Source of the DNA: Escherichia phage vB_EcoM_VR7
Sequence record: NC_014792.1
Reading direction: 5' to 3' (one strand)
DNA: 64,000 nt
How positions within the stretch are numbered: position 1 is the stretch's first letter; each line of letters starts with the position of its first letter. Shown here piece after piece: positions 1 to 10,297 of this stretch. Both the position numbers and the translations under genes were made by a program. The notes beneath the pieces were generated by a model that did no database searches, had not been told where the DNA came from, and saw only the letters and a program-made list of their open reading frames with translations.

Positions 1-1
1 A

Positions 2-781
2 GTTAAATCTAGAAAACTGAAAACCTCTTTAACTGTTGAGCTTGCGCAGGACCTGGAAGCAAATGGTTTCGATGCAACAGACTTCATTGATAATATCCTC
101 GGTATTCAAATGGCAGAGGAAATTAATAAGGACGTACTGCAATCTTTAATTACCGTAAGTTCACGTTTTAAAGTCCAGGGTGTTTCCGAAAAAGGTGTAC
201 TTAATCTTACTGATGCCGCTTATGATAATGCTCAGGACCGTGCTCGAACTCTGTATTATTATATGTGCGAAATGAATTCCGCAGTTCAACGTCAGACTTC
301 GTTCGCTGGTACATATGCAGTCGCTTCTTCCCGTTGTGCAGCTATTTTAGCCGCTTCTGGCTGGGTTGAGAAAAAGGAAGACCAAGATGAATTGGCCTAT
401 GGTGTTCTGAAGAACGGTTTGCCACTTTATGCAGATATGAATAGCCCGTGCGATTATGTTATTGTTGGTGTAAATGCTGATATGGGTGAAGGTCAGACGG
501 TCGCATCTTTGTATTATGCGCCTTATACGGAAGGTCTTAGTGAAGTTGATGATGAAGGTGACACCTCGGTTGGGGAATTCAAGGTTATTGTTGACCCTGA
601 AAGTTTACAGCCTACAGTTGCACTGTTAGCTCGTTATGCACTGACTGCGAACCCTTATACCGTTGCTAAAGACGATAAAGAAGCTCGCATTATTGATGGA
701 GCTGATATGGATAAGATGGCTAACCAAAGCCAATTGAGTTCTTATCTTGGTGTTAAACTTCCACCACTGGAAAAAGAATAA
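2..781 (+). CDS. 24: gp23/gp24-family capsid protein, C-terminal part; most likely head vertex protein gp24 by synteny (5' end outside window)
   Basis: Frame is open from window start to TAA at 779-781; late-gene strand; sits immediately before convergent rnlB as in T4; terminator hairpin follows. Confidence 0.5.
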   Translation, partial: VKSRKLKTSLTVELAQDLEANGFDATDFIDNILGIQMAEEINKDVLQSLITVSSRFKVQGVSEKGVLNLTDAAYDNAQDRARTLYYYMCEMNSAVQRQTSFAGTYAVASSRCAAILAASGWVEKKEDQDELAYGVLKNGLPLYADMNSPCDYVIVGVNADMGEGQTVASLYYAPYTEGLSEVDDEGDTSVGEFKVIVDPESLQPTVALLARYALTANPYTVAKDDKEARIIDGADMDKMANQSQLSSYLGVKLPPLEKE

Positions 782-803
782 GGGCCTTGCGGCCCTTTTT
801 CTT
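782..803 (+). terminator. Rho-independent terminator after capsid gene
   Basis: GGGCCTTGCGGCCC hairpin followed by TTTTTCTT. Confidence 0.6.
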
Positions 804-1806
804 ATGATACTAATTCAACCCATACTGGTCGCAATACTTCTTTGACCATTTCAATTAATTCTTTCTTAACTTCTGATGGGTTATCGGTTTGTTCTAGTGT
901 AATTCCTTCACGAGCCGATTCTTCCAGAATATCCTGGACAGTCAAACCCATTACCTTACCAAAATCTTTAGTAGTTACTTTACCAATCTTACTGATAACG
1001 TTATTAACGCGATTTAATGTAACATAACAAGCCAGAATACTAAGCAAATTATTGTCGATTTCAGACAGTTCTACTTTAGCTTTAATAGGTTTATCAGACT
1101 TTTTCTTTTCACTGAACTTAGAGTTCTTACATTTAATCGCTACGCGATTACCGTTTGGGGCCCATTTAGGATAACATGGCTTTAGAACATAACCTTCGGC
1201 GGTAAATGTCTCGCCTTTAGCTTCAGCTTTCCAAACATGGCTGTTGGCTTCAGTCAATCCGACATTATCAACCATGAAATTATAATCAGGAACAACTGAA
1301 TCTAAGTCATTTGGCAATTGAATAAGGTCTTCAAATTTACCACGCCCTAATAACGGGGCAATTTTAAAACCGAATGATTTACAGAATGAATGCATCATGT
1401 AATCATCGACATAAGTCTCATCACCACTTTCGGTCGTAACGATAATATCGAACACATAAAAGTCTTTTGTGCCATAATCAACGCCTTTCTGGATTCCGCC
1501 GCCCGCAAACTCACCAAATACCTGATAAGATACGGCAGCCGCAGTTTCCATGATTTCTTGTACAGCTTTAATAGAATCAGCGTAATTCTTCAATACAATT
1601 TCATAACCATAAAAGTCTTCAGCTGGAAGAATGGGCCCGGTGCGCTTAGCGCACGTTACTGCATCACGTTCTATGATTAAACTAAAGTTGGTTCCATGAA
1701 TCTTCTCACGTGCTACCCATTCACCATCGGTCATACCATGGGTACGGAGTTTTTCAATGAACTTATTGTTGTAGTGGTTTTCAAGACTCGAATATTTCTT
1801 AAACAT
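802..1806 (-). CDS. rnlB: RNA ligase 2
   Basis: 334 aa; near-identical N-terminus to T4 Rnl2 as recalled ([13 protein letters not shown]...[20 protein letters not shown]); KxHG nucleotidyltransferase motif. Confidence 0.9.
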   Translation of the reverse strand: MFKKYSSLENHYNNKFIEKLRTHGMTDGEWVAREKIHGTNFSLIIERDAVTCAKRTGPILPAEDFYGYEIVLKNYADSIKAVQEIMETAAAVSYQVFGEFAGGGIQKGVDYGTKDFYVFDIIVTTESGDETYVDDYMMHSFCKSFGFKIAPLLGRGKFEDLIQLPNDLDSVVPDYNFMVDNVGLTEANSHVWKAEAKGETFTAEGYVLKPCYPKWAPNGNRVAIKCKNSKFSEKKKSDKPIKAKVELSEIDNNLLSILACYVTLNRVNNVISKIGKVTTKDFGKVMGLTVQDILEESAREGITLEQTDNPSEVKKELIEMVKEVLRPVWVELVS

Positions 1807-1894
1807 AATTAATTAACCTTATAAATATCATTATAAATTATACCCTCTATACTTTCTTTCTCTGAAAGGAATTAATCGTATCGGAAGGTCTAGA

Positions 1895-1925
1895 ACCATT
1901 ATACCACAATTTTATTTGAAGCAAA
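1895..1925 (-). promoter_or_regulatory. MotA-dependent middle promoter upstream of rnlB
   Basis: Minus strand reads TTGCTTCA, 13 nt, TATAAT, then GGTTCTAGACC. Confidence 0.5.
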
Positions 1926-1929
1926 AAGG

Positions 1930-2193
1930 TCAGAATTTTACATACAATGTTGGCTTGTTTTCTTGCCAATTATAATTCCAGGTAAATGATGTAAATTTTT
2001 CTGCCCGCAGAAAATCAGATATCTTTGCGCGATTTCCTTCTTCATACTCTTTTTCAGAAACTGCCATATTAACAGCATCTTTGCCATTCTCGGCAGCGGC
2101 AATAGCCACTTTGCGAAATATAACAATAAAGTCATTTGCAACTTTATCTTGTGATTCTTTAGCCATTTGGCGTAGTTCTTCTGCGAATGTCAT
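1930..2193 (-). CDS. hypothetical protein (T4 24.2 position)
   Basis: 87 aa ORF, early-gene strand, 4 nt overlap with next ORF. Confidence 0.45.
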   Translation of the reverse strand: MTFAEELRQMAKESQDKVANDFIVIFRKVAIAAAENGKDAVNMAVSEKEYEEGNRAKISDFLRAEKFTSFTWNYNWQENKPTLYVKF

Positions 2194-2393
2194 TTCTTCA
2201 CCTTTTTGTTAAACAACCGCTTGCGGTATACGATTTTCTCTCGTGACTTGAACTTTTCTTTAGCTTGTTCAACATCAACCCAGGCCTTTGCCATTTCTTT
2301 AGCGGTCCCGCCTAATACCTTGGCGATTTCAATAAATGTCATACCAGTTTCATGCAGGAAATGTACTTTAACCTTATCCATAATGATTCCCAT
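2190..2393 (-). CDS. hypothetical small protein with helix-turn-helix-like segment (T4 24.3 position)
   Basis: 67 aa; segment MTFIEIAKVLGGTAKEMAK resembles an HTH; start may be the internal MDKVKV. Confidence 0.4.
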   Translation of the reverse strand: MGIIMDKVKVHFLHETGMTFIEIAKVLGGTAKEMAKAWVDVEQAKEKFKSREKIVYRKRLFNKKVKK

Positions 2394-2530
2394 GGTGAGT
2401 TAGGGAAGCTATCTTAACATGGAATTTTTAACTTGTAAACAGGAGTTTTATGCCAGATATTCTTGAACGTAAAGATTTACTTTACAACCGCCACTACCTT
2501 AATAAATATTAAATTAATAACGGAGGATTT

Positions 2531-3814
<1,284 letters not shown>

Positions 3815-3941
3815 TGCTACTGGGACTACACAACACGCCCACGAAGTAAAATATTTTATAATAGGACGCGACGGTTATACGGAAAATACTTCTGTTGGTG
3901 CTACTGTTACTATTGAAAAACTCTATAACTAAGGACTACAA

Positions 3942-4760
3942 ATGGCTATTACATTAAGTCCATCTTCAATAGACGTAGAATACGGTGACTCTTATACAGT
4001 CACTGCTAATATTCCAGATATTAGCCCTGGTTCATCTATTGTGTATAACTGGACTAAGAATAAAAAATTTATTAGTTCCGGAACTAATGTATTCACTGAA
4101 ATAGCATCATCGGTAGAAACATTCAGTATTGCGTGCCGAATTGAAATTATATCACCGGATAAAAACACTGAATATATTTTATCGGATTCTTGCTTGGTTA
4201 ATGTTAGTAAAAACACAAAAGCGGACGGTATAAATTCTCAGCTAGTTTATTCACCAGATGTTCATAAAATAGGTGACCAAGTTATTCTTTCTGTAGAATC
4301 CCATCATGTAGACCCTGGCTATATTAAAGGAGTTATTTGGAAAGATCCATCGGGTAATGTCGTGTCAATTGGTAAAGAATATACGCATAAGATTAAGACG
4401 ACAGAAGATGTTGTAGATGTAAAAATAGATTTGGCTTCTGAAAATTATGCCTATTACAATAAAACACTTCAAATTGTTCTTAAAGCTGTTGAAGAAGATA
4501 ATTCGGAGTGTAGTGTAAGATATATTCATCCTTTAGACCACAGGGATTCAGGATACATCTGGATGGGTTGGTGGGTTATGGACGAAATTGAAAGGGCGAC
4601 GGTAGAAGGATTAAATTGGAAAGCGCCGGACGGTACTGACCTGAAGTATAAGTGTGACTTGAAAACTCTTTCTATAATGCTTGACTTATATAATAATGTT
4701 GAAGTACAAGAATCAAGGAATGGTTATATTCTAAACAGGGCAGATTTACTTCCAAAATAA
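3942..4760 (+). CDS. Hoc-like paralog: short Ig-like N-terminal region plus Hoc-type C-terminal capsid-binding domain
   Basis: 272 aa; C-terminus (YIHPLDHRDSGYIWMGWWVMDEIERA...VEVQESRNGYILNRADL) matches the C-terminal domain of the neighbouring hoc product and of T4 Hoc as recalled. Confidence 0.7.
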   Translation: MAITLSPSSIDVEYGDSYTVTANIPDISPGSSIVYNWTKNKKFISSGTNVFTEIASSVETFSIACRIEIISPDKNTEYILSDSCLVNVSKNTKADGINSQLVYSPDVHKIGDQVILSVESHHVDPGYIKGVIWKDPSGNVVSIGKEYTHKIKTTEDVVDVKIDLASENYAYYNKTLQIVLKAVEEDNSECSVRYIHPLDHRDSGYIWMGWWVMDEIERATVEGLNWKAPDGTDLKYKCDLKTLSIMLDLYNNVEVQESRNGYILNRADLLPK

Positions 4761-4763
4761 AAA

Positions 4764-4785
4764 AGGGCCGCAAGGCCCTTTATCA
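4764..4785. terminator. Bidirectional terminator between convergent hoc-like and hoc genes
   Basis: GGGCCGCAAGGCCC hairpin with A/T runs on both sides; the minus-strand reading has the stronger T tract. Confidence 0.6.
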
Positions 4786-5889
4786 TTAATAGACGTAATC
4801 GTATATAATACCAGCTTCCAATGCCGAACGGTGGACGATACGACCGTTACGAGATTCCTGTACATCAACTTCCGGGTAATCACTAAGCATTTTGGCTAAT
4901 ACCGCCAGATGACAATAATATGGTGTATCCTCTTTAGTGGCTTTTTTCCAATCTGTACTTTCAGATGTTAATTTCTGAATAGCGTCCATAACCCACCAGC
5001 CACACCAAATATACGCAGTATTACGGACAGGAAGTGGATGTACATAAATTAAAGGGCATTCTTCTGGAATAACAGGCTCTGCTTCTTCCACCGTAACAGA
5101 CTTATTACCTGATTTAACTGAATTTGTAAAGCCTGTTTGCGATGCGGTAACTTCACAAGTATATGACTTCAAGCCTTCAGTGGATTCCGTTATTGCTCTT
5201 GTTGCTTCTGTTGAGTTGTCGTCCCATTTATATGCAAGAGTAGCACCAGGGATAGCAGGAGACACAGAAGCTGTCAAATTGAATGGAACATCAACCGTCG
5301 CAGTAGACGGGCCTGAAATCTCAACAGTGAACTCAGGAAATGTATTGTTTTCGACCGTAACAACTACTGCCTCAGGATTAATAACTTGATTGTCATAATC
5401 TGCAGCAGAAACGGTAATTTGACAAGTTAAAGAAACTGGTCCTGCGACAGTAGCAGTACGAGTAATATCTTTAGTAATTTCACCGGTAGACCACAAATAT
5501 GCTATTGTAGCTCCACCAGGTTCACCTGTTACGTCGGCCGAAGCGTTATATTCCTCGCCAACTTTAACGGTTGGAGTGGAAGTTGTTAATGTTGCAGTTG
5601 CAGACATAGTCTTGTTATTAACTGTAATAGTTGTTTGAGCCTCTGCCGTTTCAGGCTCTCCTTCTTCCGGCGTTGTGGTGGCAACAACTTTAATTACTTT
5701 TGAACCTGCTGGGCCAGCTGCAATATAATCCATAGTAGCAATAACAGAAGCTTGTGGAACATCATCAACGGTCCATACAAAAGATTCGGTACCAGCGACA
5801 GCGGCTCCAGCTCCAGTGGCAGTAAAATTAGTTGTTGCACCTATAACCGCTGTAGGTGTTAAAGGGGCAATTGATACAGTATAAGCCAT
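4786..5889 (-). CDS. hoc: Hoc, highly immunogenic outer capsid protein
   Basis: About 367 aa from MAYTVSIAPLTP; Ig-like repeats plus C-terminal YVHPLPVRNTAYIWCGWWVMDAIQK...YPEVDVQESRNG matching T4 Hoc; GGAG RBS before the internal ATG. Confidence 0.85.
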   Translation of the reverse strand: MAYTVSIAPLTPTAVIGATTNFTATGAGAAVAGTESFVWTVDDVPQASVIATMDYIAAGPAGSKVIKVVATTTPEEGEPETAEAQTTITVNNKTMSATATLTTSTPTVKVGEEYNASADVTGEPGGATIAYLWSTGEITKDITRTATVAGPVSLTCQITVSAADYDNQVINPEAVVVTVENNTFPEFTVEISGPSTATVDVPFNLTASVSPAIPGATLAYKWDDNSTEATRAITESTEGLKSYTCEVTASQTGFTNSVKSGNKSVTVEEAEPVIPEECPLIYVHPLPVRNTAYIWCGWWVMDAIQKLTSESTDWKKATKEDTPYYCHLAVLAKMLSDYPEVDVQESRNGRIVHRSALEAGIIYDYVY

Positions 5890-5916
5890 AAAAATCTCCA
5901 AAAGGCCATAGTGGCC

Positions 5917-6597
5917 TTAGTTTAAACGAATAAAAGATGAGTTACGTGTTTCACGAATAAGAATGGAACCGTCACGATTGATATAGTAAATCAAACTAAA
6001 CAATGTTTGGTGTGCGCTTGCATGAGTAAAAGAAGTAGGGCGTTCTTTCCAGTCCGGGGTCTCTTTAATCCACTGGTAAATCCACCAAGGGAGAGTACAA
6101 TATCCAGGAGCTTTGCCCAGCATAAGCAGATTGGGGCTAAAATTTTTAGGCAGTGTAAATTTAGGAGTTTCAGCTTCGATGATTTGAGCGACAGCTTCTT
6201 CAAAGTCTTCGGAAACAAACGGCACTTCAATTTCAACGAGTTTAACTTCTGATTCAGGAACAACTGCCTGGGTAACTTCGACTACTTCAACGGGTGCTTC
6301 TGGAGCATCAAACAAAAGAACAGCTTCAGGTTTAGCTGATTCTTCACCTTCAAACTTACTACCTGATAATTCATCATCAGCATTAATAAGGTCGGTGATG
6401 CTTAAGCCTTCGTTATCGTCCGGCATAGGCATGTCAGCAAATGCTTTAAGTCCTGCTTCCAGGTCAATCAACATATTATTGAAAGTTTTTGTTTTCTTAA
6501 CATCAACACCAAGCGATGATGCATATTCAGCTAATTTTTCTTTGGCTTCTTTTTTCTCGAGGACACGAATTTCCTCAATATAGTTCTTATCAATCAT
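5917..6597 (-). CDS. inh: probable Inh (prohead protease inhibitor)
   Basis: 226 aa acidic protein at the T4 inh position between hoc and uvsW; call is by length and synteny only. Confidence 0.45.
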   Translation of the reverse strand: MIDKNYIEEIRVLEKKEAKEKLAEYASSLGVDVKKTKTFNNMLIDLEAGLKAFADMPMPDDNEGLSITDLINADDELSGSKFEGEESAKPEAVLLFDAPEAPVEVVEVTQAVVPESEVKLVEIEVPFVSEDFEEAVAQIIEAETPKFTLPKNFSPNLLMLGKAPGYCTLPWWIYQWIKETPDWKERPTSFTHASAHQTLFSLIYYINRDGSILIRETRNSSFIRLN

Positions 6598-6615
6598 AAT
6601 GAACCTCGGTTATTG

Positions 6616-6623
6616 TATAAATA
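6616..6623 (+). promoter_or_regulatory. Late promoter (TATAAATA) upstream of uvsW
   Basis: Exact TATAAATA about 28 nt before the uvsW ATG. Confidence 0.6.
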
Positions 6624-6651
6624 TAGATATATTTATTACCTTGGAATCATC

Positions 6652-8151
6652 ATGGATATCAAAATCAACTTTTTAAATTTTAGTCATGTACATGTTGAAT
6701 GTGAAGATAGTATCTTCTATGAACTCCGTGACTATTTCAGTTTTGAAGCCGAAAACTATCGGTTTAACCCTAAATTCAAAGCGGGAGTTTGGGACGGACG
6801 TATCCGTCTCCTGGATTATAACCGTAAATTACCATACGGCTTAGTTAACCAGATTAAAAAATTCGCTGACCAGTTTGGTTATTCATTTTGGATTGACCCT
6901 CAAATCACCGAGAAAGAGGAAATCTCTCGTGCGGATTTCGATAAATGGGTCGAGTCAAAAGAAATCTATTCAGGCCATACCAAGATTACTCCCCATTGGT
7001 ACCAAACAGACGCCGTATACGACGGTCTGGTCAACAGAAGAAAGATATTGAACTTACCTACGTCTGCAGGTAAAAGCCTCATCCAGGCGCTTCTGGCGCG
7101 ATATTATCTCGAGAACTATGAAGGCAAGGTTCTTATCCTTGTACCTACAACCGCGCTTGTTGACCAGATGATTAACGATTTCGTCGATTACAGATTGTTC
7201 CCTCGAGAAGCTTGTCTCGGTATCCGTTCCGGAACTAAACGTGATTCAGATGCAATGATTTATGTGTCTACTTATCAGACGGCAGTAAAACAACCTAAAG
7301 AATGGTTTTCACAGTTCGGTCAGTTTATGAATGATGAATGCCATATGGCTACTGGTAAATCCATTTCGACTGTTATCGAAGGCCTGACTAATTGTATGTT
7401 TAAATTTGGTCTCTCTGGTTCTCTCCGTGACGGCAAAGCAAACCTTATGCAATATATGGGTCTGTTTGGTGATATCTTTAAACCAGTATCCACATCCCAA
7501 TTAATGGATGAAGGCCAAGTTACTGACCTTAAGATAAATAGTATTTTCCTTCGTTACCCTGATGAATTCACCGTTAAAATGAAAGGCAAATCTTATCAAG
7601 ATGAAATCAAGGTAATTACAAAAGCTACACGTAGAAATAAATGGGTAACAAACCTCGCACTCAAGCTTGCTAAAAAAGATGAAAACGTCTTTTTGATGTT
7701 TAAGAATATCGAGCATGGTAAATCGATGTTTGAAATGCTTAAGGAAGCAGGTCATGAGAACGTGTATTATGTTTCTGGGGAAGTTGATACAGAAACACGT
7801 AACGCATTAAAGGTCATGGCAGAGAATGGAAAGGGAATTATCGTTGTAGCTTCATATGGTGTATTCTCGACGGGGATTTCCGTTAAAAACCTCCATCATA
7901 TTATTTTCGCTCACCCGGTCAAGTCAAAGGTAATTGTACTCCAGACAATTGGTCGTGTACTTCGAAAACATGAATCCAAATCGCAAGCAAACGTTTTTGA
8001 TATCGTGGATGATATGGGTGTTAAACCTAAATCGGCAAATGCTAAAAAGAAATATGTTCATTTGAACTTCGCCCTAAAACATGGCCTTGAACGTATACAA
8101 CGATATGCTGATGAACGTTTTAACTATGTAATTAAACAGGTGGAAATATAA
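6652..8151 (+). CDS. uvsW: UvsW DNA/RNA helicase
   Basis: Strong match to T4 UvsW from MDIKINF; SF2 helicase motifs (LNLPTSAGKS, DECH); the track start at 6613 is rejected as an N-terminal extension. Confidence 0.9.
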   Translation: MDIKINFLNFSHVHVECEDSIFYELRDYFSFEAENYRFNPKFKAGVWDGRIRLLDYNRKLPYGLVNQIKKFADQFGYSFWIDPQITEKEEISRADFDKWVESKEIYSGHTKITPHWYQTDAVYDGLVNRRKILNLPTSAGKSLIQALLARYYLENYEGKVLILVPTTALVDQMINDFVDYRLFPREACLGIRSGTKRDSDAMIYVSTYQTAVKQPKEWFSQFGQFMNDECHMATGKSISTVIEGLTNCMFKFGLSGSLRDGKANLMQYMGLFGDIFKPVSTSQLMDEGQVTDLKINSIFLRYPDEFTVKMKGKSYQDEIKVITKATRRNKWVTNLALKLAKKDENVFLMFKNIEHGKSMFEMLKEAGHENVYYVSGEVDTETRNALKVMAENGKGIIVVASYGVFSTGISVKNLHHIIFAHPVKSKVIVLQTIGRVLRKHESKSQANVFDIVDDMGVKPKSANAKKKYVHLNFALKHGLERIQRYADERFNYVIKQVEI

Positions 8152-8378
8152 TGAAGTCATTTGAAGAAATTATGTATGAAGCGGCAATTGAAAGCTTCAT
8201 GTCTAAGATAGGTTCTTGTCAGACCATGGACGGTCTGAAGGAGCTGGAAGGTTATTATAAAAAGCGCAGCAAAGAAGCTGAATTGAAAGATTCCGATGAT
8301 ATCAGTGTTCGCGATGCTCTAGCAGGTAAACGTGCCGAGCTTGAGGATATGGACGACGAAGAAGACGAAGATTTCTAA
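8151..8378 (+). CDS. uvsW.1: UvsW.1 small acidic protein
   Basis: 75 aa; ATGA overlap with the uvsW stop; same position and size as T4 UvsW.1. Confidence 0.65.
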   Translation: MKSFEEIMYEAAIESFMSKIGSCQTMDGLKELEGYYKKRSKEAELKDSDDISVRDALAGKRAELEDMDDEEDEDF

Positions 8379-8435
8379 ATAAAAAGGCCCCAACCAAAAA
8401 GGAAGGGGCAAAACCAAAATGGTTAACAACACTAG

Positions 8436-8603
8436 CTAAATTAAAAGTTGGGTCTCGTTCAGTTGCTCTTGAGTATTTTCCGTAACTGGCAAACTCTGAA
8501 CATAATTATAACAGGCGCCCGGATGCACCGGACCTTGGTCTGTATCCACAACCAATGCAGAATCGATTGGAGTTTTACAGACAACACAAATCTTATCTGA
8601 CAT
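8436..8603 (-). CDS. small Cys-containing protein (CxxC...C), not in the ORF track (below 60 aa)
   Basis: 55 aa MSDKICVVCKTPIDSALVVDTDQGPVHPGACYNY...; GAGGAGA RBS; hairpin plus T-run terminator just downstream on the minus strand. Confidence 0.4.
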   Translation of the reverse strand: MSDKICVVCKTPIDSALVVDTDQGPVHPGACYNYVQSLPVTENTQEQLNETQLLI

Positions 8604-8635
8604 GATTGTCTCCTCAGTTAAACTTACATATCTAT

Positions 8636-8740
8636 TTAGTGCTTCTTTAATGCGGCATTAATAAACTGTTGAAATTCACGCATCTTCTCTTCAGAAGGTT
8701 TTAATGGTTTTCTAATATTTGCTTTACGACAACCCATCAT
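8636..8740 (-). CDS. small protein translationally coupled to uvsY, not in the ORF track
   Basis: 34 aa MMGCRKANIRKPLKPSEEKMREFQQFINAALKKH; ATGA overlap with the uvsY stop. Confidence 0.35.
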   Translation of the reverse strand: MMGCRKANIRKPLKPSEEKMREFQQFINAALKKH

Positions 8741-9171
8741 TTACCTGCCTCAAATTGTCTTATTTCTAACATATGTTTAAGTGCGAAACTTCGTGACTTA
8801 ACACCATCTAATGCAGCGCTACAGAAGTCCTGGAGCAGTGCCCAATATTGAATTGAAGTATCAATCTTAAGCACGCTTGAATCTGCAGCCATGACTGTTT
8901 TCAATTCTGACTTCTCGTACACATCCATGCATACTTCTTCCCCTGGGTCACCCCTTCCTGTATAATGGTCTAGTCGTTTTTTCAGTGCAGTCTTCTTCTG
9001 AATCTCAAGACGCATTATTTCTTTCTTGCAGTTAGTATACAATCTCAACCATTTGCTATGCAACAAAACGTTGTTTTGTGTTTCATATTGAATTTGTGTA
9101 CCATCAATTTTTAAATCTGCATCCAACTCATCCTGAAATACTTCCAACTTATATTCAATCTCTGTTTTCAT
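8737..9171 (-). CDS. uvsY: UvsY recombination mediator
   Basis: Matches T4 UvsY throughout (YSKWL..EIMRLEIQKKTALKKRLDHYTGRGD..SRSFALKHMLEIRQFEAGK); start taken at MKTEIEY because the upstream ATG lies inside the promoter. Confidence 0.85.
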   Translation of the reverse strand: MKTEIEYKLEVFQDELDADLKIDGTQIQYETQNNVLLHSKWLRLYTNCKKEIMRLEIQKKTALKKRLDHYTGRGDPGEEVCMDVYEKSELKTVMAADSSVLKIDTSIQYWALLQDFCSAALDGVKSRSFALKHMLEIRQFEAGK

Positions 9172-9196
9172 AATGTATCCAATGTAAGGGTCTAGA

Positions 9197-9226
9197 ACCA
9201 TTATACAGCCATAAAATTAAAGCATT
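9197..9226 (-). promoter_or_regulatory. MotA-dependent middle promoter for uvsY
   Basis: Minus strand reads TGCTTTA, 12 nt, TATAAT, then GGTTCTAGACC. Confidence 0.55.
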
Positions 9227-9614
9227 AACCGTTTTGACTTAACTGAATCCTGATTTGTTCGAGGGTGTCAGGGTCATCAACAATGCTGAACTGAACCGTT
9301 ACGATGATGGAGTTATCATCATACATAGGGACAACCGCAACCTGTAGATTGCTTATCCTTGGTTCGAAGTTCCGCACCGCGGAGACGATGTTGCGTTTAA
9401 TAGTATCTGTGATTAATGGAGTGATATTCTCAAAAAGCTGATTACTTATATCACATCCAAATTCAGGCATAAAAGGCCTTGACCCTTTTCTTGTGGTGAT
9501 TATTCCCAGAAGACTGTTCTTAACAGACCTTGCACCAGTTACTTTAGCAACGTCTTTATCCCAACTCATTGACAAGTCGGGAGGCACATCGCTATACATT
9601 TTGTTTATATTCAT
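9225..9614 (-). CDS. 25: baseplate wedge protein gp25
   Basis: 129 aa; strong match to T4 gp25 (NSLLGIITTRKGSRPF.PEFGCD). Confidence 0.85.
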   Translation of the reverse strand: MNINKMYSDVPPDLSMSWDKDVAKVTGARSVKNSLLGIITTRKGSRPFMPEFGCDISNQLFENITPLITDTIKRNIVSAVRNFEPRISNLQVAVVPMYDDNSIIVTVQFSIVDDPDTLEQIRIQLSQNG

Positions 9615-10244
9615 TTACATAAACTTAAACTTAAAGAATTCTTTAAGCCCCTTAATTACATGGACAGAATGCGCTCCACACTCACAAGAGATAGGAATAG
9701 CCATTTGGACCTGTGGCTTGAGAAGTTCTTCCGTTAGTGCATTGATATCATCGAGGGTAATTGCATTGTACAGGTCCTCGATTTCGGCCTCATTTAAGTC
9801 ATCAACAACGATGCGCTCGCCGCCTTCGGTGATAATATATTCAATGCAACAAGCAATCATTTTTCCTTTATCACCGTCTTCAAACAGTCCAGGATAACGG
9901 AATTTGATTTTAAACGACCCAAAATCACGAATAACTTCAGACTCGTCCACGATGCTCGCACGGCTAATCGTTACCGGAATATCTTGTTCCTTTCCACACT
10001 CACATACCCATGTATGCTCGACGTTGACAGCTCCGAGACTATTTGCCCAGAGATTAATAAGAAGCAGCTCGGCTTCCTGTTTGTTTAACCCTTTAGCATC
10101 AGTGCATTTATTAAGCAGTTCAATTATTGCAGGTTCCATACGCTTTTCTAATTTTGCCTGAAGCAAATCTTTATATTCGCGCAAGGTAAAAGCCCTACAA
10201 TTTATAGTTTTATTTTTAATTTGGACAATAAATTCATAAGTCAT
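9615..10244 (-). CDS. 26: baseplate hub protein gp26
   Basis: About 210 aa from MTYEFIV with AAGGAG RBS; T4 gp26 position; start at 10277 is rejected because it lies within the promoter. Confidence 0.65.
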   Translation of the reverse strand: MTYEFIVQIKNKTINCRAFTLREYKDLLQAKLEKRMEPAIIELLNKCTDAKGLNKQEAELLLINLWANSLGAVNVEHTWVCECGKEQDIPVTISRASIVDESEVIRDFGSFKIKFRYPGLFEDGDKGKMIACCIEYIITEGGERIVVDDLNEAEIEDLYNAITLDDINALTEELLKPQVQMAIPISCECGAHSVHVIKGLKEFFKFKFM

Positions 10245-10261
10245 AATTTGCTCCTTTACTG

Positions 10262-10273
10262 TATTTATAAATA
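10262..10273. promoter_or_regulatory. Overlapping divergent late promoters (TATTTATAAATA) for 26/25 (minus) and 51-54 (plus)
   Basis: Plus strand has TATAAATA at 10266-10273; minus strand reads TATAAATA at 10262-10269. Confidence 0.6.
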
Positions 10274-10297
10274 TCAATAAAGATAAAAGGGGATTCT

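Noticed and set aside
1820-1827. Plus-strand TATAAATA in the rnlB upstream region
   Set aside because: It is an exact late-promoter match, but no plus-strand gene follows for about 700 bp. It may produce antisense or long-leader late RNA, but I cannot support it as a functional promoter from sequence alone.
5902-5918. Hairpin AAGGCCATAGTGGCCTT between inh and hoc as a terminator
   Set aside because: It overlaps the inh stop codon and lacks a clear T-run on the minus strand, so it is not listed as a feature; inh and hoc may be co-transcribed.
6613-6651. N-terminal extension of uvsW (track start at 6613)
   Set aside because: It would start inside the late promoter; T4 UvsW begins at the MDIK-type start. 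The same logic was applied to the extended starts at 10277 (gp26), 12128 (gp28), 31813 (alc), 38654 (frd), 39441, 16941 and 62206.
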